Shown: in pieces, positions 14,911-28,085 of the stretch
Layout: each line of letters begins with the position of its first letter
Position numbering within the stretch: position 1 is the stretch's first letter
Source of the DNA: Octopus vulgaris
Taxonomy: Eukaryota
NCBI GenBank assembly: GCA_951406725.2
Contig: OX597827.1
Location: 50,468,001-50,532,000 of the forward strand
Length of the DNA: 64,000 bases
Direction of reading: 5' to 3'
The notes under the pieces: generated by a model
What the model was told of the DNA's origin: nothing
Database searches by the model: none
The model's input: only the letters and a program-made list of their open reading frames with translations
Program-made: the position numbers and the translations under genes

Positions 14911-14948
<38 letters not shown>
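14712..14948. repeat. (CTA)n, (CA)n and (TA)n microsatellites just upstream of the large ORF
   Basis: Direct reading. Confidence 0.95.
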
Positions 14949-14950
<2 letters not shown>

Positions 14951-15156
14951 GAATGTACACAATTACATAATGTATAGACTATATATAATATAATATGATA
15001 TCACAAACATGCACATGATATAATGCACTCAGAATAGATATGTAAATAGATGATTTTTCGATTATATCTAATTATTTCATTCACTTTACTGTTGCGTGAA
15101 AATTAAGGACAGATCATAATAATATTTGCTCAGTAACACTTCAGTACCGAGTGAAA

Positions 15157-18100
15157 ATGGCAGACTCACACCCTAAGAAGACCAAAAATATCTCAACAAA
15201 TCCAACATTTCCAGCCTCTCCATCACATGATGCACCCCCACATATAACTGTCAGTCCACCACCCCTTGCAACACCACCAGCAAAAGACTCACTACCATCA
15301 ACATCATCATCATCATTAAAAGCATCATCAACAACGGTGACTACTGAGATTTCTACTAGTGCCCGATTGGCAACATCAAGACAGTCTAGTAGTGTAGATT
15401 CATCTGCTTGTACAGAAAAATTGACAAGATCGTCGTCACAAAATGTTTCAAGTGTAAAACAATTACCTTCAGTATCAACTTCTTTGTCTGGAGCCAGTAC
15501 TTCTTTTCAGACCAGGACTGGCACTGCCCCGAAACCCATAGCCAAACCTACCAGTTTGAGTCTGTATCGTCCCCTCGAAAATGGTGGGATCGGTTACAGT
15601 CTGAACGCCTCAAAACATTTTAAAGAAGGGGATAAAAAAGCGAAAAAAGGTGACAAAGAAGATTTAAATTCGAAATTTAAGCCAAAGACAAGACGTTGGT
15701 ACTCAGCTGATCAAGAGCCAGAGTATTTTACAGAAAATGAAACACCGGAACAAACCCAACATAAGACTGAGTCTGAAAGTCACAAAGGAACTTTTAATAA
15801 AAGTAACAGTCTAGAAGAGGGCCAACAGAAGAGAGTTCTTGATAGAAGAGGTGCATTCAAGTTTAATAAAAGCAAATTAAAAGGTGACAGTCAGCAACGA
15901 TGTAACACTAAAAAAGAAAAGGATAAAATGCAGAAAAGTAATAGTACAGATAATAATTATGTTGGCGATGATGATGGTGATGTTGATCGTAATGATGATA
16001 AAAAAAAATCTAGTAGTGGATGTATGCCTGGCTCAGGAAAACGTAAAAAGATCAATCGTTATATTGGACATTTGGGGAGTAGCAATGAGGGAAGCGATGA
16101 AAGTGAAGGCTTCGAAAGTTCGGGCCGCGAACAGAAAGGAACTTTAAATCGACTGAGTAATAGTTTCAATCTTGGTTTACTTGGACTAGGGCTTGGCGCA
16201 ACTCGTTCAAGCCAAAAAGATGAGAAAAAGAAAAAGTCTGGTAAGAAGAAAAAAGAAGATAGTGAAAATAGTTGGTCTTTTAAAAGAAGGAAACCAAAAC
16301 GTAGCAAAAGTGAAGGATCGAATAGCAGTGACGGCACAGACACAGACGAGAGTTCGGCAACTACTTCAGAAAGTGGCTATCATAAAAGAAAAAAAGGTGG
16401 TATAGATCAAGCTCTCAGAAATACTGCCATAAGATCTGTAACAGAAATGATATCTGCAATACAAGCAATAGAGCTCCCGACTGTAACGCCATTTGATAGG
16501 AGGGAAGCGGTTCACAGATCCGAAAGCATGACTGAAAGAGAAGAGAGTTGGGATGATGCTGGATGTCCTCATTTCGAAGAAATTTCTTCATGCACTCGAT
16601 GTTATGAGAAGGAACATGACTGTAGAAATATTAATACTAATACAGAGCCAAGAGTTCCTTCACAGTCATTGTGGTTGTCGTACGATAACCGCAAACAAAC
16701 TGACAATGAAGAAAGTTTGCGGTACGAAATACAAGATCCGGCAGATAAACGAATGTCGCTAAAAGAACAATGGCTAAAGGAAAACAAACTAATAACATCC
16801 GAGCTTTTGTTACCCAAAACAATGCACCTAAAAACACCTCCTCCTGTCAGATCAACTCAAGACGTCGGACAACTTCATAATATAGCTATTTCTCAGGATA
16901 AATTTATTGCAGACCCAAAATCCTCAAAACCATCCCCTTTGTTAAATCCACAAGTATCCTCTCCATCTTATGCGCTTGCGTACATTCATGAAAACTCTAA
17001 ATCAAGCAAGCAGGGGTCCGTACTTCCCCTAAGTCAAGCTTTAACATCAACAATGAAGGAACAACAGTCAAGTATAAAATACAAATATTCATCAAGCTCA
17101 GCTGGGTCTTCGTTGAACCCTCAAAATGTTACATCATCACAATCACTGATATCAACCTTTCCGAATGTAATAACGAACCGAGAAAAGGGCATAGTTGAGA
17201 AAGAAAACGAAAAACTGGATTTTCACGGCGAAACACTTGAATCACAAAAACGTTTTCAAATGAAACATCCAAGTGAATTCCAAAACGAAGAAACTCTTGA
17301 TAAATCATGTGAAAATAAAGAAAAGAAAAATGAAAAGAGCGAAGAGTATTCTGACAAGCAAAGTTGTAAGTTCTTTCAATCGAACAGTAAACCATCTCGA
17401 ATACCCATCCTTACTCAAAGATCGTCGTCGGCCGAAGGATTTTATAGAAATAAACGGGTAGATTTGAAAAAATCAATGAGTATTGGTACAAGTGTTTCTA
17501 GAAGTGGAGACAGGTACGCAGATATGTTTGTTTCCCAAATTAAAACTGGTAAAGCAAGGGAACGACAAGTACCAATAAATTCGCCAGTCTACACTAATGC
17601 GACTAGTATGAGTGGCTGCAAACTCAAAACTGATAATGCTTGTACAGGGACGACATTGTCAACTAATAAGACAGTTGTTTCTTCACTAGCTATGAATGTG
17701 TTGCCTCCTTCAGAAAACAGTATAAAATCCATTACAAGTACGTCTACTATTTCCTCTGATACTACAATACATACTATTGACAAAACCTATGCAAAAGATC
17801 AGGTATCTTCACTTACAGATCCAGCCGTATCATCTACTAATCATAGCAGCGGTGCAAGTGAAATTATTAACCTGAATAGCAAAGGTTCTGCTAGTGCCAT
17901 TAATGTCTCTGCTAGTAGCAGAAGTGCCGGTACCGCAGATGGGAAATGCCACTATTACGACGGTAGCAACAGCCACTGCCAACAGTCAGTCAATAGGACA
18001 TATAAGCTAATACACAGATCACAATCTGGCAACGACAGCCTCTGCAAAGCGGCTCTACTTCACGCTTCTAACGACAGCGAAAGGAGAAGTGATGTGTCTA

Positions 18101-19933
18101 TTGTTGACAGTAGCACGGTTGACTTGCATGGAGCTATTGATGTCGCTGGCAGTGGAAGCTATGCGCAAGCAGAAATTGTTGCAACTGCAACGAAACCAAC
18201 ACGAGGAGCGGAGAGAAGGGAAAACAAAAGGAATGTAATTCAAAAACAATATGCGCAAACTTCAGCGACAACACAATCCTATCAACCACTTGTTACTAAT
18301 GTTACCACTCAGCAGACTATCGGAGGAGGTTACCAACAGACAATTAAAAAAACAGAGCAACATAAATATCAACAAAAACAACTAATTCTGCAACAGAACA
18401 CGTCATGTTTACGATCATCAGCATCGTCAAACAGGGAGTTGGCATCTAGTTGTATCAAAGGACAAGATGGTGTTTATTTTGAGCCTGGAACATTTAATAA
18501 AACAGATATAGAACAAAGAGATTTTAATAGTATTAACAACAGAAGAATCAACATCAGTAACAATGGAACTGATTATACAAATGTATACTCCCGGGAGAGG
18601 CAGCAAGGGGCAAAATCAATCACATCCACTGATGGTACCGATTCATTGGAGCGGTCCTGGAACCTTGATAATGGCCAGAATTTAAGTTCCACTCAAGAAA
18701 CGAGTGATGTCCGAAATCCGAGGTATAAGTCACCAGAATTAAAGAAAACTAAGAATAATCTCAGTGAAGATAAATGTCAACACAATCAACCGGATCAAAT
18801 TAGCCGAAAGACTACAGAGCAAAGTAATTACCCATTAGTTTGTACTGTTTATACTGCCGATGGTCTGGAAACCATTCCGATATATCCGTATTATATTAGT
18901 AACAGTACTGACGGCGGAGACTCGAACTATCAGGACAACTACTCAAGTAGCTATCATTTTAATGTGGGAGATTCGAAACATACAGCTTCGTCGAAAATAG
19001 CTTTTACAAAATTAGTGGACTGTACAGAGGCTTCGTCCCAGACCGAAACCACATCTCCAGCAATTAGTCAAGTATCGTCGATTAGTTCAACAGCTGGTAC
19101 ATCATCGAGAGCGGTGACAGTTTTAGCAGCATCTGCATTAGCAACCACCACTTTAGCCGCTGCTACATCAGCCAGACGAACTAAAGCGTGTGCTGAAAAG
19201 AAGAAAAAACTACAAGAAACTATTCAACCATGTTCCGGTAAAATCACAACAAACCAAGGCGATGTGCGCTATAGCAACAGAGCAGCATACCAGGTTTTCC
19301 ATCCTGACAACAGCTCCAGTCACTTACCTACTACTGTAGCATACGACTCTTGTCAGAACTTTCACAACGATAGCTGGCCTGTAACCCACGTAGCTAAGAG
19401 CCAGGGCTTAAGTCACGCAGGGAATGCACCAGCCTTAGCAACTTACCGAACGAAGGAATCCAGTGAAGCCATACCAAATATTGTTTTGCCGAAAACAGTG
19501 TCTAAGGCAGACCACGTTGCTAGAAGTAATCGACGAATTAGCTCAGCACCTTTACAACATCAAGAGACACCTTTAATTGCATCAGGTCATCAAAATTATT
19601 CTAATGTATATGCATACCCTCCTCCCCCACCCTATCCTCCCCCTCCTCTTCCGCTACCTTCTTCTCAGCATCCCTGCGCTTGCTCTCATCAATGTTTACA
19701 ACCGTCGCGGCAATCGTGTTTACGGTTTAACAACAACGTTGACACAAACACATTAAATGCCCCGTTGTTGTCTAACACTAGCACGACTATAGCAGCAGCT
19801 ACTAATATTACGTCTACGACTACACTTTCTGCTGGGGATCTACTCAAAACAAACTGTCAAATAGAAACCGGAGACGATGGATTTACTTCGTTATCTAACC
19901 ATGGAAGACGAATGAAAATAAGTAATCATCATC

Positions 19934-19983
<50 letters not shown>

Positions 19984-20165
19984 CCAAACAGATTTTGCAA
20001 CGATAACTGGCAAAGCGCCTATAGCGATTCCCAAAAGATGTCATCGTCCCGAAAGCCCCCACGACGAACTCGAGTAATGGATCCACCTGTAAACTTTCAC
20101 AATCGACGAGACAGGTCGTTTGGGTTTTTATCATTTCGTCTTGGAGGAACAGAGAAGAATTTCAG
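15157..20165 (+). CDS. giant (~5 kb) coding exon of an unidentified host gene; Ser/Thr/Lys-rich, probably largely disordered N-terminal region
   Basis: About 1670 open codons in AT-rich DNA with no TE motifs; AAAATGG start context; basic NLS-like tracts, PPPPPY/poly-Pro, poly-Asn; ORF runs into CAG|GTAAAT donor at 20165/20166 (the in-frame TAA is part of the donor), so the protein probably continues. Confidence 0.85.
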
Positions 20166-21647
20166 GTAAATAAGAAGCAGAAATGCCACAGTTAAGGTTT
20201 ACAATTTCTTATTTGAGCTGTTTTCTTCGTTTTGTGTGCCATGTGTTTTAATTTCAACTTTATCTTTCAGAATTTTACTTTGTGTTTTGAAACTACCACT
20301 TTGTACTTCATATTATTTACATGTACACACGCGTGTACATGTACACACACATACACACAGAATCTTATGTCAATATAGAATAAACAGTAAATATAATGCA
20401 TGCAGGAGTGTGCGCATGTGTGTCTGTGTGTGTATGTGTGTGTGTGTGCGTGCTCGTGGAATGCAAGGAAGAGTGAGAACAAGCGGGTAGGTAGACTGAC
20501 AAATTGAAAGATTGAGTGAGCGAGAGATGGTGAGAGATAACTACGAGGGTTACGTTTTGGTCAGTAATTGTCATACTTGTTCCGTACAATTACACAAGTT
20601 AAAATAAAATTATCAATACAACACATTAAAAATAAAGACAACGACAACCTAAGTGAAAATATTTATTCTTTTAATGTTATTATAAGTTGGGGTGAGCCGC
20701 AGACGCCTACCCCCACTCTCTGTCTGTCTGTCTGTCTCTCACTCTCTCTTGTACTTCATATGTATTTCTGTATAACTTGATATAACTTCACACTCATACA
20801 CACACGTTTGCGCGCATGTACACACACACATGCATAAACAAGCAATCACACACGCACACATACATACACACACCTACATATATGCGTGCGTGTGCGCGTG
20901 AGCGTTTCTAAATAGTACAGGTATTCTTAGTCATACGGCTAAGGTTCCTGCAAATCGTAAAAAAAGTATTCAACAAATTTAAAGTCAGAGTTACAGTAAC
21001 CTTTAAAATATTGAATATGAATTCAACATAATATAATATCAACGTAATATATACAATATGATATAAAATATAATATGATATTAATGTAATATATAATACT
21101 ATAGAACATGCATCCCCACAACCCACAAATTCGCACATACACAGAGTAATGTTTGTATCTAAATGAACTGTGCCTCTGCTTCCTGTTTCCTCTTATATTT
21201 TATCCATCTAAAAAAATCCTCGGCGACACTATGTTGGTGTTGCACATGTGTGACGTTCACGCTTAGTCATCAAACATAGATGAAAACAAAATAAAACATA
21301 ATAAGGCACAAAAAGAAAATTACTCTCCCCAGACACAATAAAATAAAACACTTAACCTTGTATTTACATCTATATTGATGTTTGAGAAAAAAAAGGAGCT
21401 ATAGGGCAGACAACTAGAGACATATGTAAACAGGTCGATTAGTTTCAGACGCGTCGCGTGCTGCGGCAGACGACAGACTGGAGGAGAATTTTCTTGTCTG
21501 ACAGATGTAGACGGAAGTTTTCTGATTCCATTTCTCACTGCAATGTGGAGTAAGTATTGTCAAGTTTGCAATGGGTTAAAAGTTCTGATAGCTAATCTGC
21601 TAGTTCGCCCTCCAAATGGGACATCATGAAGGGGTTATAAAGTGATT

Positions 21648-22436
21648 ATTTGACCTGTTAAAAATAGCAGCAGGATTTTTCTGAAACCATACTCTACAGC
21701 ATTAAAACAAACAAATGCAGATGATAATGTTGTTCGTGACACAGCATATATCTGAATAAAATACGGGAGGGCCACGTCAGGAAGGACTTCGATCGTAGCT
21801 CTGCTCGATCAATGCTAACCTAGACTTAAACAATAACCACAAAAAATATAAAGTGAGGAGAATTGAGCCCACAGTGAGTCTCAACGTAGACACTCGCTGT
21901 GCTAGAAACATTAGTCAAATCTCAAGTCGTACGTTACCGTGTTTAACGATTGCGCACGAAAGGCGAGATGGTCACGGTTGTAAACATTTTTGATAAGTCA
22001 GCTGAAATTAAGTCTGACCTGGGAGTAAGCAACAACAAACATTAAAAGTAACAAAAGTATATTCAAGTTCTAAAGTAATTTAATTAAACAAAAAATAACT
22101 AAATAAGAAAAAATAGTGGAAAAAAAAACAATAATTGTTTCTTATAATTAATGATACTTACTATTCTTAATATTTGATTAAAATCCCATCAACGTAACCA
22201 AAGCATCACTGATGCAGCCAACAATTTCGATTTGTACTGATTAAAATAAAAGTAAAAGCACCAATTTTCACACATTTTTCTTTCTTTCTTCCATTTTTTC
22301 TGCTAAAATAGAAAGATGCATTTGATAAGGTTGTCTTGAATATGCAATGAGCAAGAGAAGGTCGAGATGGTCACGGTTGGAAAGCGTTCTATGAGATCTG
22401 TCCAGTTAGAGCTGGCTTGTGATTAGCCAACAAACA
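21648..22436 (+). repeat. three clustered copies of dispersed ~190-bp repeat family D ((AAC)n-tailed, SINE-like)
   Basis: Shared TGCTAGAAATAGCAGCCAAAT-like head, GAGATGGTCACGG, and GCTGACCTGG...AAACAACAAC-like end; other diverged copies near 8375, 11225, 13925, 41350, 44400. Confidence 0.6.
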
Positions 22437-22552
22437 TTAGTTATCAAACTTACCGGGAAATGTGTCGGAGGATGACGACACACGTAAAATACCTTTTTCA
22501 TTCATCTTTTTCAATACCAGCGTGTGGTGTTGGACACAGATGTTTTAATATC

Positions 22553-22689
22553 ATTCAAATTCCGCCGAGGTCGACTTTGCCTTTCATCCTTTCGGGATCG
22601 ATTAAATAGGTACCAGTTACGCACTGATGTCGACGTAATCGACTTAATCCCTTTGTCTGTCCTTGTTTGTCCCCTCTATGTTAAGCCCC

Positions 22690-22740
<51 letters not shown>
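22553..22740 (+). mobile_element. SINE family B, 5'-truncated, Tx1-type tail cut by (ATT)n
   Basis: TTCAAATTCCGCCGAGGTCGACTTTGCC...TTTGTCTGTCCTTGTTTGTCCCCTC. Confidence 0.85.
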
Positions 22741-22741
<1 letters not shown>

Positions 22742-22901
22742 ATCATCAGCCTATGATCTGAGAGACAATTGGCTACTATTTCTGGATAGTAGAACGATCA
22801 TGTTGAGGGAAAATCCCTTGCTGGTTCTATCTTTTCTCTCTTCACTCTAAAAGTGTGTGTGAGAGAGAGAGAAAGAGAGAGAGAGAGCGTGTGTAAACCA
22901 A

Positions 22902-22947
<46 letters not shown>

Positions 22948-23124
22948 CTTGCTAACCAACCACATGGTATCCGGTTCAGTATGCGTAAGATTAGAGTGTC
23001 TTCTGCTTAGCCCCGGAGCCGACCAATGTCTTGTGAGTGGATTTTTTTTATATATGTATATCTCTTTGTGTGTTGCGTTTGCGTTCTTGTCCCACTTTGT
23101 AATTTATATTTTATATTTAATTTC

Positions 23125-23212
<88 letters not shown>

Positions 23213-23744
23213 AGGGAAATAGGTAAAATGAAACAGACGGGTACAGAGAGAGCGAGAGAGAGAAAGAGGAGAGGAAAGGAAGAAATGTGTGTTTGTGTCT
23301 GAATCTTGGGAGGGATTCAGCGCTTGCAACTACTTAAACGGGGAAAGGGAAGAACGATAGAGCGAAGGAAACCGGAACGAAGTGACAATACGAAAGTAGG
23401 CAATCGATGCTTGAGTATACAACATATACAACGGTACGCTATGGAAACGCGTGATTGCACGCATCCAATGTGTGTGCGCTATATCGCTATATATAATATA
23501 ATGAGGCGAGATTAACATGTTCATATCGTTCAATGCGTTCATGGATGTTATTTATGAACGTTTCTGAAGGTTTAAACTTTATATAAATATAACGCTATGA
23601 ACTTCGTTGAGTGCGAAGTAATGTCAGATTCCTAGCCAAATCTTGTCAGACTACGTAAGAGCATATGTGTGCGTGTGTGGTGCATGTGTATCTGTGTATG
23701 TATGTATGCATGTAATATATATAGAAATACATATATGCATTTAC

Positions 23745-23803
<59 letters not shown>

Positions 23804-23949
23804 TGACAAAGTTGGTGTGTGAAAGCACGTGGTTAGATGTATAAAAATAGAAAAGAGGGAAAAAACTGCAGAAGGCTTGTTTTATAAGGTTAACCTTATA
23901 AAACAAACCTTTTGCAGTTTTTTCCCTCTTTTCTATTTTCTACACACAC

Positions 23950-23953
23950 GCAC

Positions 23954-23985
<32 letters not shown>

Positions 23986-24016
23986 GTATATATATATATA
24001 TGTATATATATATATG

Positions 24017-24061
<45 letters not shown>

Positions 24062-24154
24062 GTATATATATGTATATATATATATGTATATATATATATG
24101 TATATATATATATGTATATATATATATGTATATATATATATGTATATATATATG

Positions 24155-24206
<52 letters not shown>

Positions 24207-24220
24207 TGTATATATATATA
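23950..24220. repeat. (TA)n/(TATG) compound microsatellite
   Basis: Direct reading. Confidence 0.97.
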
Positions 24221-24227
24221 AAAAAAT

Positions 24228-24585
24228 TTTATCTTTTATTTGAGTCAGTCATTAGACTGCAGCTATGCCGGGGCACCGCCATAAAGAACTTTTAGTCGAA
24301 TGAAACGACCCGGTATTTTTTGTAAGCCTTACACTTATTATATCGATTTCTCTTGCCGAACCGCTAAGTTGCGGGAACGTAAATACACCAACACCGGCTG
24401 TCAAGCGGTGATGGGGCACAAACACACACACACTCATACACACAAATATATATTTATGTATACATATATACGACAGGCTTCTTTCGGTTTCCCTCAGCCG
24501 AATCCACTCAACAGGCTTCGGACGGCCCGAAGCTATAGTAGAAGATACTTGCCCAAGGTAACACGCAGTGAGAAGCAAGCTTCTT
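24228..24585 (-). mobile_element. SINE family C body (its head lies at 26558-26594), split by an ORF1-only element
   Basis: Collinear with the intact copy at 61772 (ACCTTGGGCAAGT...GAAAGAAGCC...CTTAGCGGTTCGGCAA...GACTAAA); B-box segment deleted. Confidence 0.9.
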
Positions 24586-26557
24586 TATTTCATCAAATTT
24601 GCCATAAAGGCATTACAAAGATAGAAGCAAGTGCGGGCTGCACAAGAACCCAAATGAAATGAATGATGAACAAAATAATGATATTGATGATAGAAGCAAA
24701 CGACGCCCGCCGATCGATGTCCCTCGAGAACACCGTCCTTTTTTCTTTTTTTTTTTAAACACAAATGATTTAATAAACCTCTTACAGTAACATAAATTGA
24801 GGCACTGAGCCTCTTATCAGTCAAAGAGTTCCAAATCAATCGAGGCGCCAAGACCTCTCACTCCACCTCCCCGATCAAATCTATCACCACCTGCAGGCAA
24901 TCCTGCAGTAGTAAGTCGGTGACCCAGAAAAGATGATTGAATTCCTTCTTAAAAAAGGCATCCATTATCTTATAAAAGTAACTCCCCCCCCCCCCCCATG
25001 ACCTCCTCAGCCACCTGCCGAGACTAATATGAGTTATCAATGCAGGTTTGGACCGCCAGTTCTCGATCTTCAAAACTTCTTACAAAGTTCTTTACGGCCC
25101 CTCCCTTTCAGAAAGAAGATCACAAATTCCTCATTATTTTCACTGGGATGGGCCACAGTTTCCTCCGTCGGTAGCACAATTTCCACCGACGAAGTTTCGG
25201 GACATGCTGGCAGTGCACTGCAAACCGCCGACACTATCCCATTCTTTTTTGTCTTTGGTACGGGAATGATTGGTTCCTTCGCCTTAACCGGAGGAACATC
25301 GCTTCCTCCCGCAGCTTTAGGATCCCTCGGTGAGCAACCATTGTTGCTCACCTTCATCTTTTTTTCCCCTTTTTCCCGAGGAGGTTTCTCTCTCCTCGCC
25401 TACCTCCATCTCTCCCTCCGCAGGACGAGGGGGTCTTTTCCACAACCAACTGTTCCAGGACCCTACGCAGGTCCTGGGGACAGTTTTTTTTTATATGGCC
25501 CGGTTCCAGGCACAGGTGTCACTTGGGTGGCGTCCCTCAAGAATCGCCGGGTATCTGCACCCGGCCATTTTCAAAAAATCTGGAAGAACCAGATTCTTGG
25601 CTGATTAGGTCCACAGGATCAACACAGCTTTTGACCCAACCAAATCAACCACAGGCAAAATTTTAACATTGAGGAGCTTGGCACCGCTGCCAACCAGATC
25701 CCGGCGGATAGTCTTCTCTATCCACTAGGGTTTTATCCCGGGTGGAAACCCGCAGACGCAAGCTCTTGTCAACTTCTTCCAAGAATACGTGGGAAGAAAC
25801 AAAATCTCTTTGCCCTCCAAGGACTGGCTCACAAATTTGCGAGCCTCCTTGGGGGTGTTAAATAGCTACCACCCTGTTGCATATTTGACCCTCACCCTTG
25901 GAGATGAATTTAATAGTTGGTAAATATTGTGCCAACTCTTTCTCAATTTCAGTCTTTTGAAAGAGGGCGTTGGTGTCGAGTGACTTGAAGTACGGTCGCA
26001 GCACCACCGTCCTCTCATCAAAGTCTTTCATCCACTGTTTGGGTTGGACAATCTCCCACTCCAACACAGTGTTATTTATCTTCTTTGTTATGCTTCTTTC
26101 TTGAAATGAAAAAGGTCACAAAAACCAAAAGTTCCGACTTCAAAAAAAAAAAAAAATACAGAAAAGAAGGAAGAAGACGAGAAACAGTTTTAAAAAAACA
26201 GCAAATTCTACTGGCTGTCCTAGTACTCGTGGCCAACTTGGTAACCCCCCTGGCAAGAGCACAATACAGTCGCAAAAAATAGCACAATTTTATGAGGGAT
26301 ACGCCCCCAAAACACACTTCTCACCGCTAAGTGAGACTTTAAACACAACTACAGGCAGACAAATGCGTGGAACTCAGTGGGGATTTCTTGTTCGACAAAA
26401 ATAAATAAACAACACGAGCAACAAACCCCCACTGAATCCCCCACAAAACAAATGTCTTACCTTGTAGTTGTGCTTCACTTGTTCAACAATTCACGGGGCT
26501 AGTGGACAGCGACATGCCTCCAGCAGCGAAGACAAACACATCCACACAGTTGTGAGC
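24586..26557 (-). mobile_element. ORF1-only (RT-less) Tx1/L1-type non-LTR element, ~2 kb, decayed
   Basis: Exact 14-bp TSD GAAGCAAGCTTCTT at 24572-24585 and 26558-26571; ~500-bp leader; frameshifted gag-like ORF ~26067-24858 with zinc knuckle [C>stop]HLCLEPGHIKKNCP at ~25477-25521; no EN/RT motifs seen; 3' end GCCTTTATGGCAAATTTGATGAAATA. Confidence 0.85.
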
Positions 26558-26635
26558 GAAGCAAGCTTCTTGCCACACAGCAATACTTGCGCCTAATTAT
26601 ACATACATACATACATACATACATACATACATAAC

Positions 26636-26751
26636 CCTATGGTTCTGGATTCGGTCCCACTGCTTGGCACATGGGGTGTCTTCTACTATTGCCACGGGCT
26701 GACTAAAGCCTTGTGAGGGGTTTTGAAAGATGGAAACTAAAAATAGTCCAT

Positions 26752-26786
<35 letters not shown>

Positions 26787-26920
26787 GCTTGACAACCGGT
26801 GCTGGTTTGGTTATGGCCCTCTCGTCAGTTAGCAGTTCTGCATAAGAGATCGATAGAATGAGAAGTTGTTCGACCAAACCCCAGCATGAAGCAATCCAAT
26901 GACTAAAAGACATAAAAGAG
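26636..26920 (+). mobile_element. SINE family C, diverged and 5'-truncated
   Basis: GGATTCGGTCCCACTGC...GCTTGACAACCGGTGCTGG...CCAGCATG...ATGACTAAAAGAC. Confidence 0.75.
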
Positions 26921-26966
26921 AAAATACATACATTTATGCATGCATACATATCTACATACATGAGAG

Positions 26967-27056
<90 letters not shown>

Positions 27057-27339
27057 TGTGTTTGTATTCAGCTGCCCGTCGGTTCACACAGTAGAACACT
27101 TACACGAGTTATCATGCAAATTGGAACCATGTAAAACAGGGGAGGGGGTGGTTTTAGAATGGTGGTTTGACAGAATCTTTAGAGCATTGAGAAAAATATG
27201 ATTGTAAATATTCTGGCTCTTCCTTAGTTCAAATCACGTACCTTTCATTCGAAATGGATAATAATTAGGTACCAGTCAAATCCTGGGGGTTGACTGGTAT
27301 CCACTAACACCTTGCTCCAAATTCTAGGTTTGTATACTT

Positions 27340-27912
27340 ATTGATTTCAAATTTCGGCACAGGGACTATACTTTCTATGGCGGGAGGAAGTCAATTACAT
27401 CGACAAACTCTTCCCTAGTGCTCAACTGGTACTTAATTTATCGGCCTCGAAAGGATGAAAAGTAAAGTCGACTTTGGTAGAATTTGGACACAGAACATAA
27501 AACGGAAGAAATACCTATTTCTTTACTGCCCACAAGGGGCTAAACACAGAGAGGACAAACAAGGACAGACAAACGGATTAAGTCGATTAAATCGACCCCA
27601 GTGCGTGACCGGTACTTAATTTATCGATCCCGAAAGGATGAAAGGCAAAGTCGACCTCGCTATAGCGGCAGACGAAATTCCTATTTCTATACTACCCACA
27701 AGGGGCTAAACACAGAGAGGACAAACAAGGACAGACAAACGGATTAAATCGGTTACATCGACCCCAGTGCGTGACTGGTACTTAATTTATCGATCCCGAA
27801 AGGATGAAAGGCAAAGTCGACCTCGGCTGAATTTGAACTCAGAACGTAACGACAGACGAAATACCGCTAAGCATTTCGCCCGGCATGCTAACGCTTCTGC
27901 CAGCTCGCCGCC
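27340..27912 (-). mobile_element. SINE family B trimer: head + 2 x (body + Tx1-type tail) + body with ordinary tail
   Basis: Junctions AGAAATA|GG(T/A)ATTTC at 27681/27682 and 27515/27516. Confidence 0.9.
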
Positions 27913-27929
27913 TTGGCTGGTACACATAG

Positions 27930-28085
27930 TGGTTTCAAATTTAGGCACAAGGCCAAAAATTTTGTGGGATGGGGTAAGTCGATCACATCGACCCCGATAG
28001 GATGAAAAGCAAAGTCCATCTCGGTGGCATCTGAACTCAGGGCGTAAAGACGCACGAAATGGTGCTAAGCATTTTTAACGATTCT
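27930..28085 (-). mobile_element. SINE family B, diverged copy
   Basis: AAATGCTTAGCACCATTTCG...GAGTTCAGATGCCACCGAG...GGCCTTGTGCCTAAATTTGAAACC on the minus strand. Confidence 0.75.

Noticed and set aside
15408-20134. Short overlapping and antisense ORFs within the large exon
   Set aside because: Shadow frames of the real ORF with no independent evidence.
15157-20165. Assigning a gene symbol to the large ORF
   Set aside because: No recognisable conserved domain lies within the window; any name would be a guess.
22853-24295. YI/ER/CV-repeat ORFs here and throughout the window
   Set aside because: Translations of (TA)n, (GA)n and (TG)n tracts.
25029-25604. 191-aa plus-strand ORF
   Set aside because: Antisense shadow of the GC-rich minus-strand ORF1 of the retroelement.
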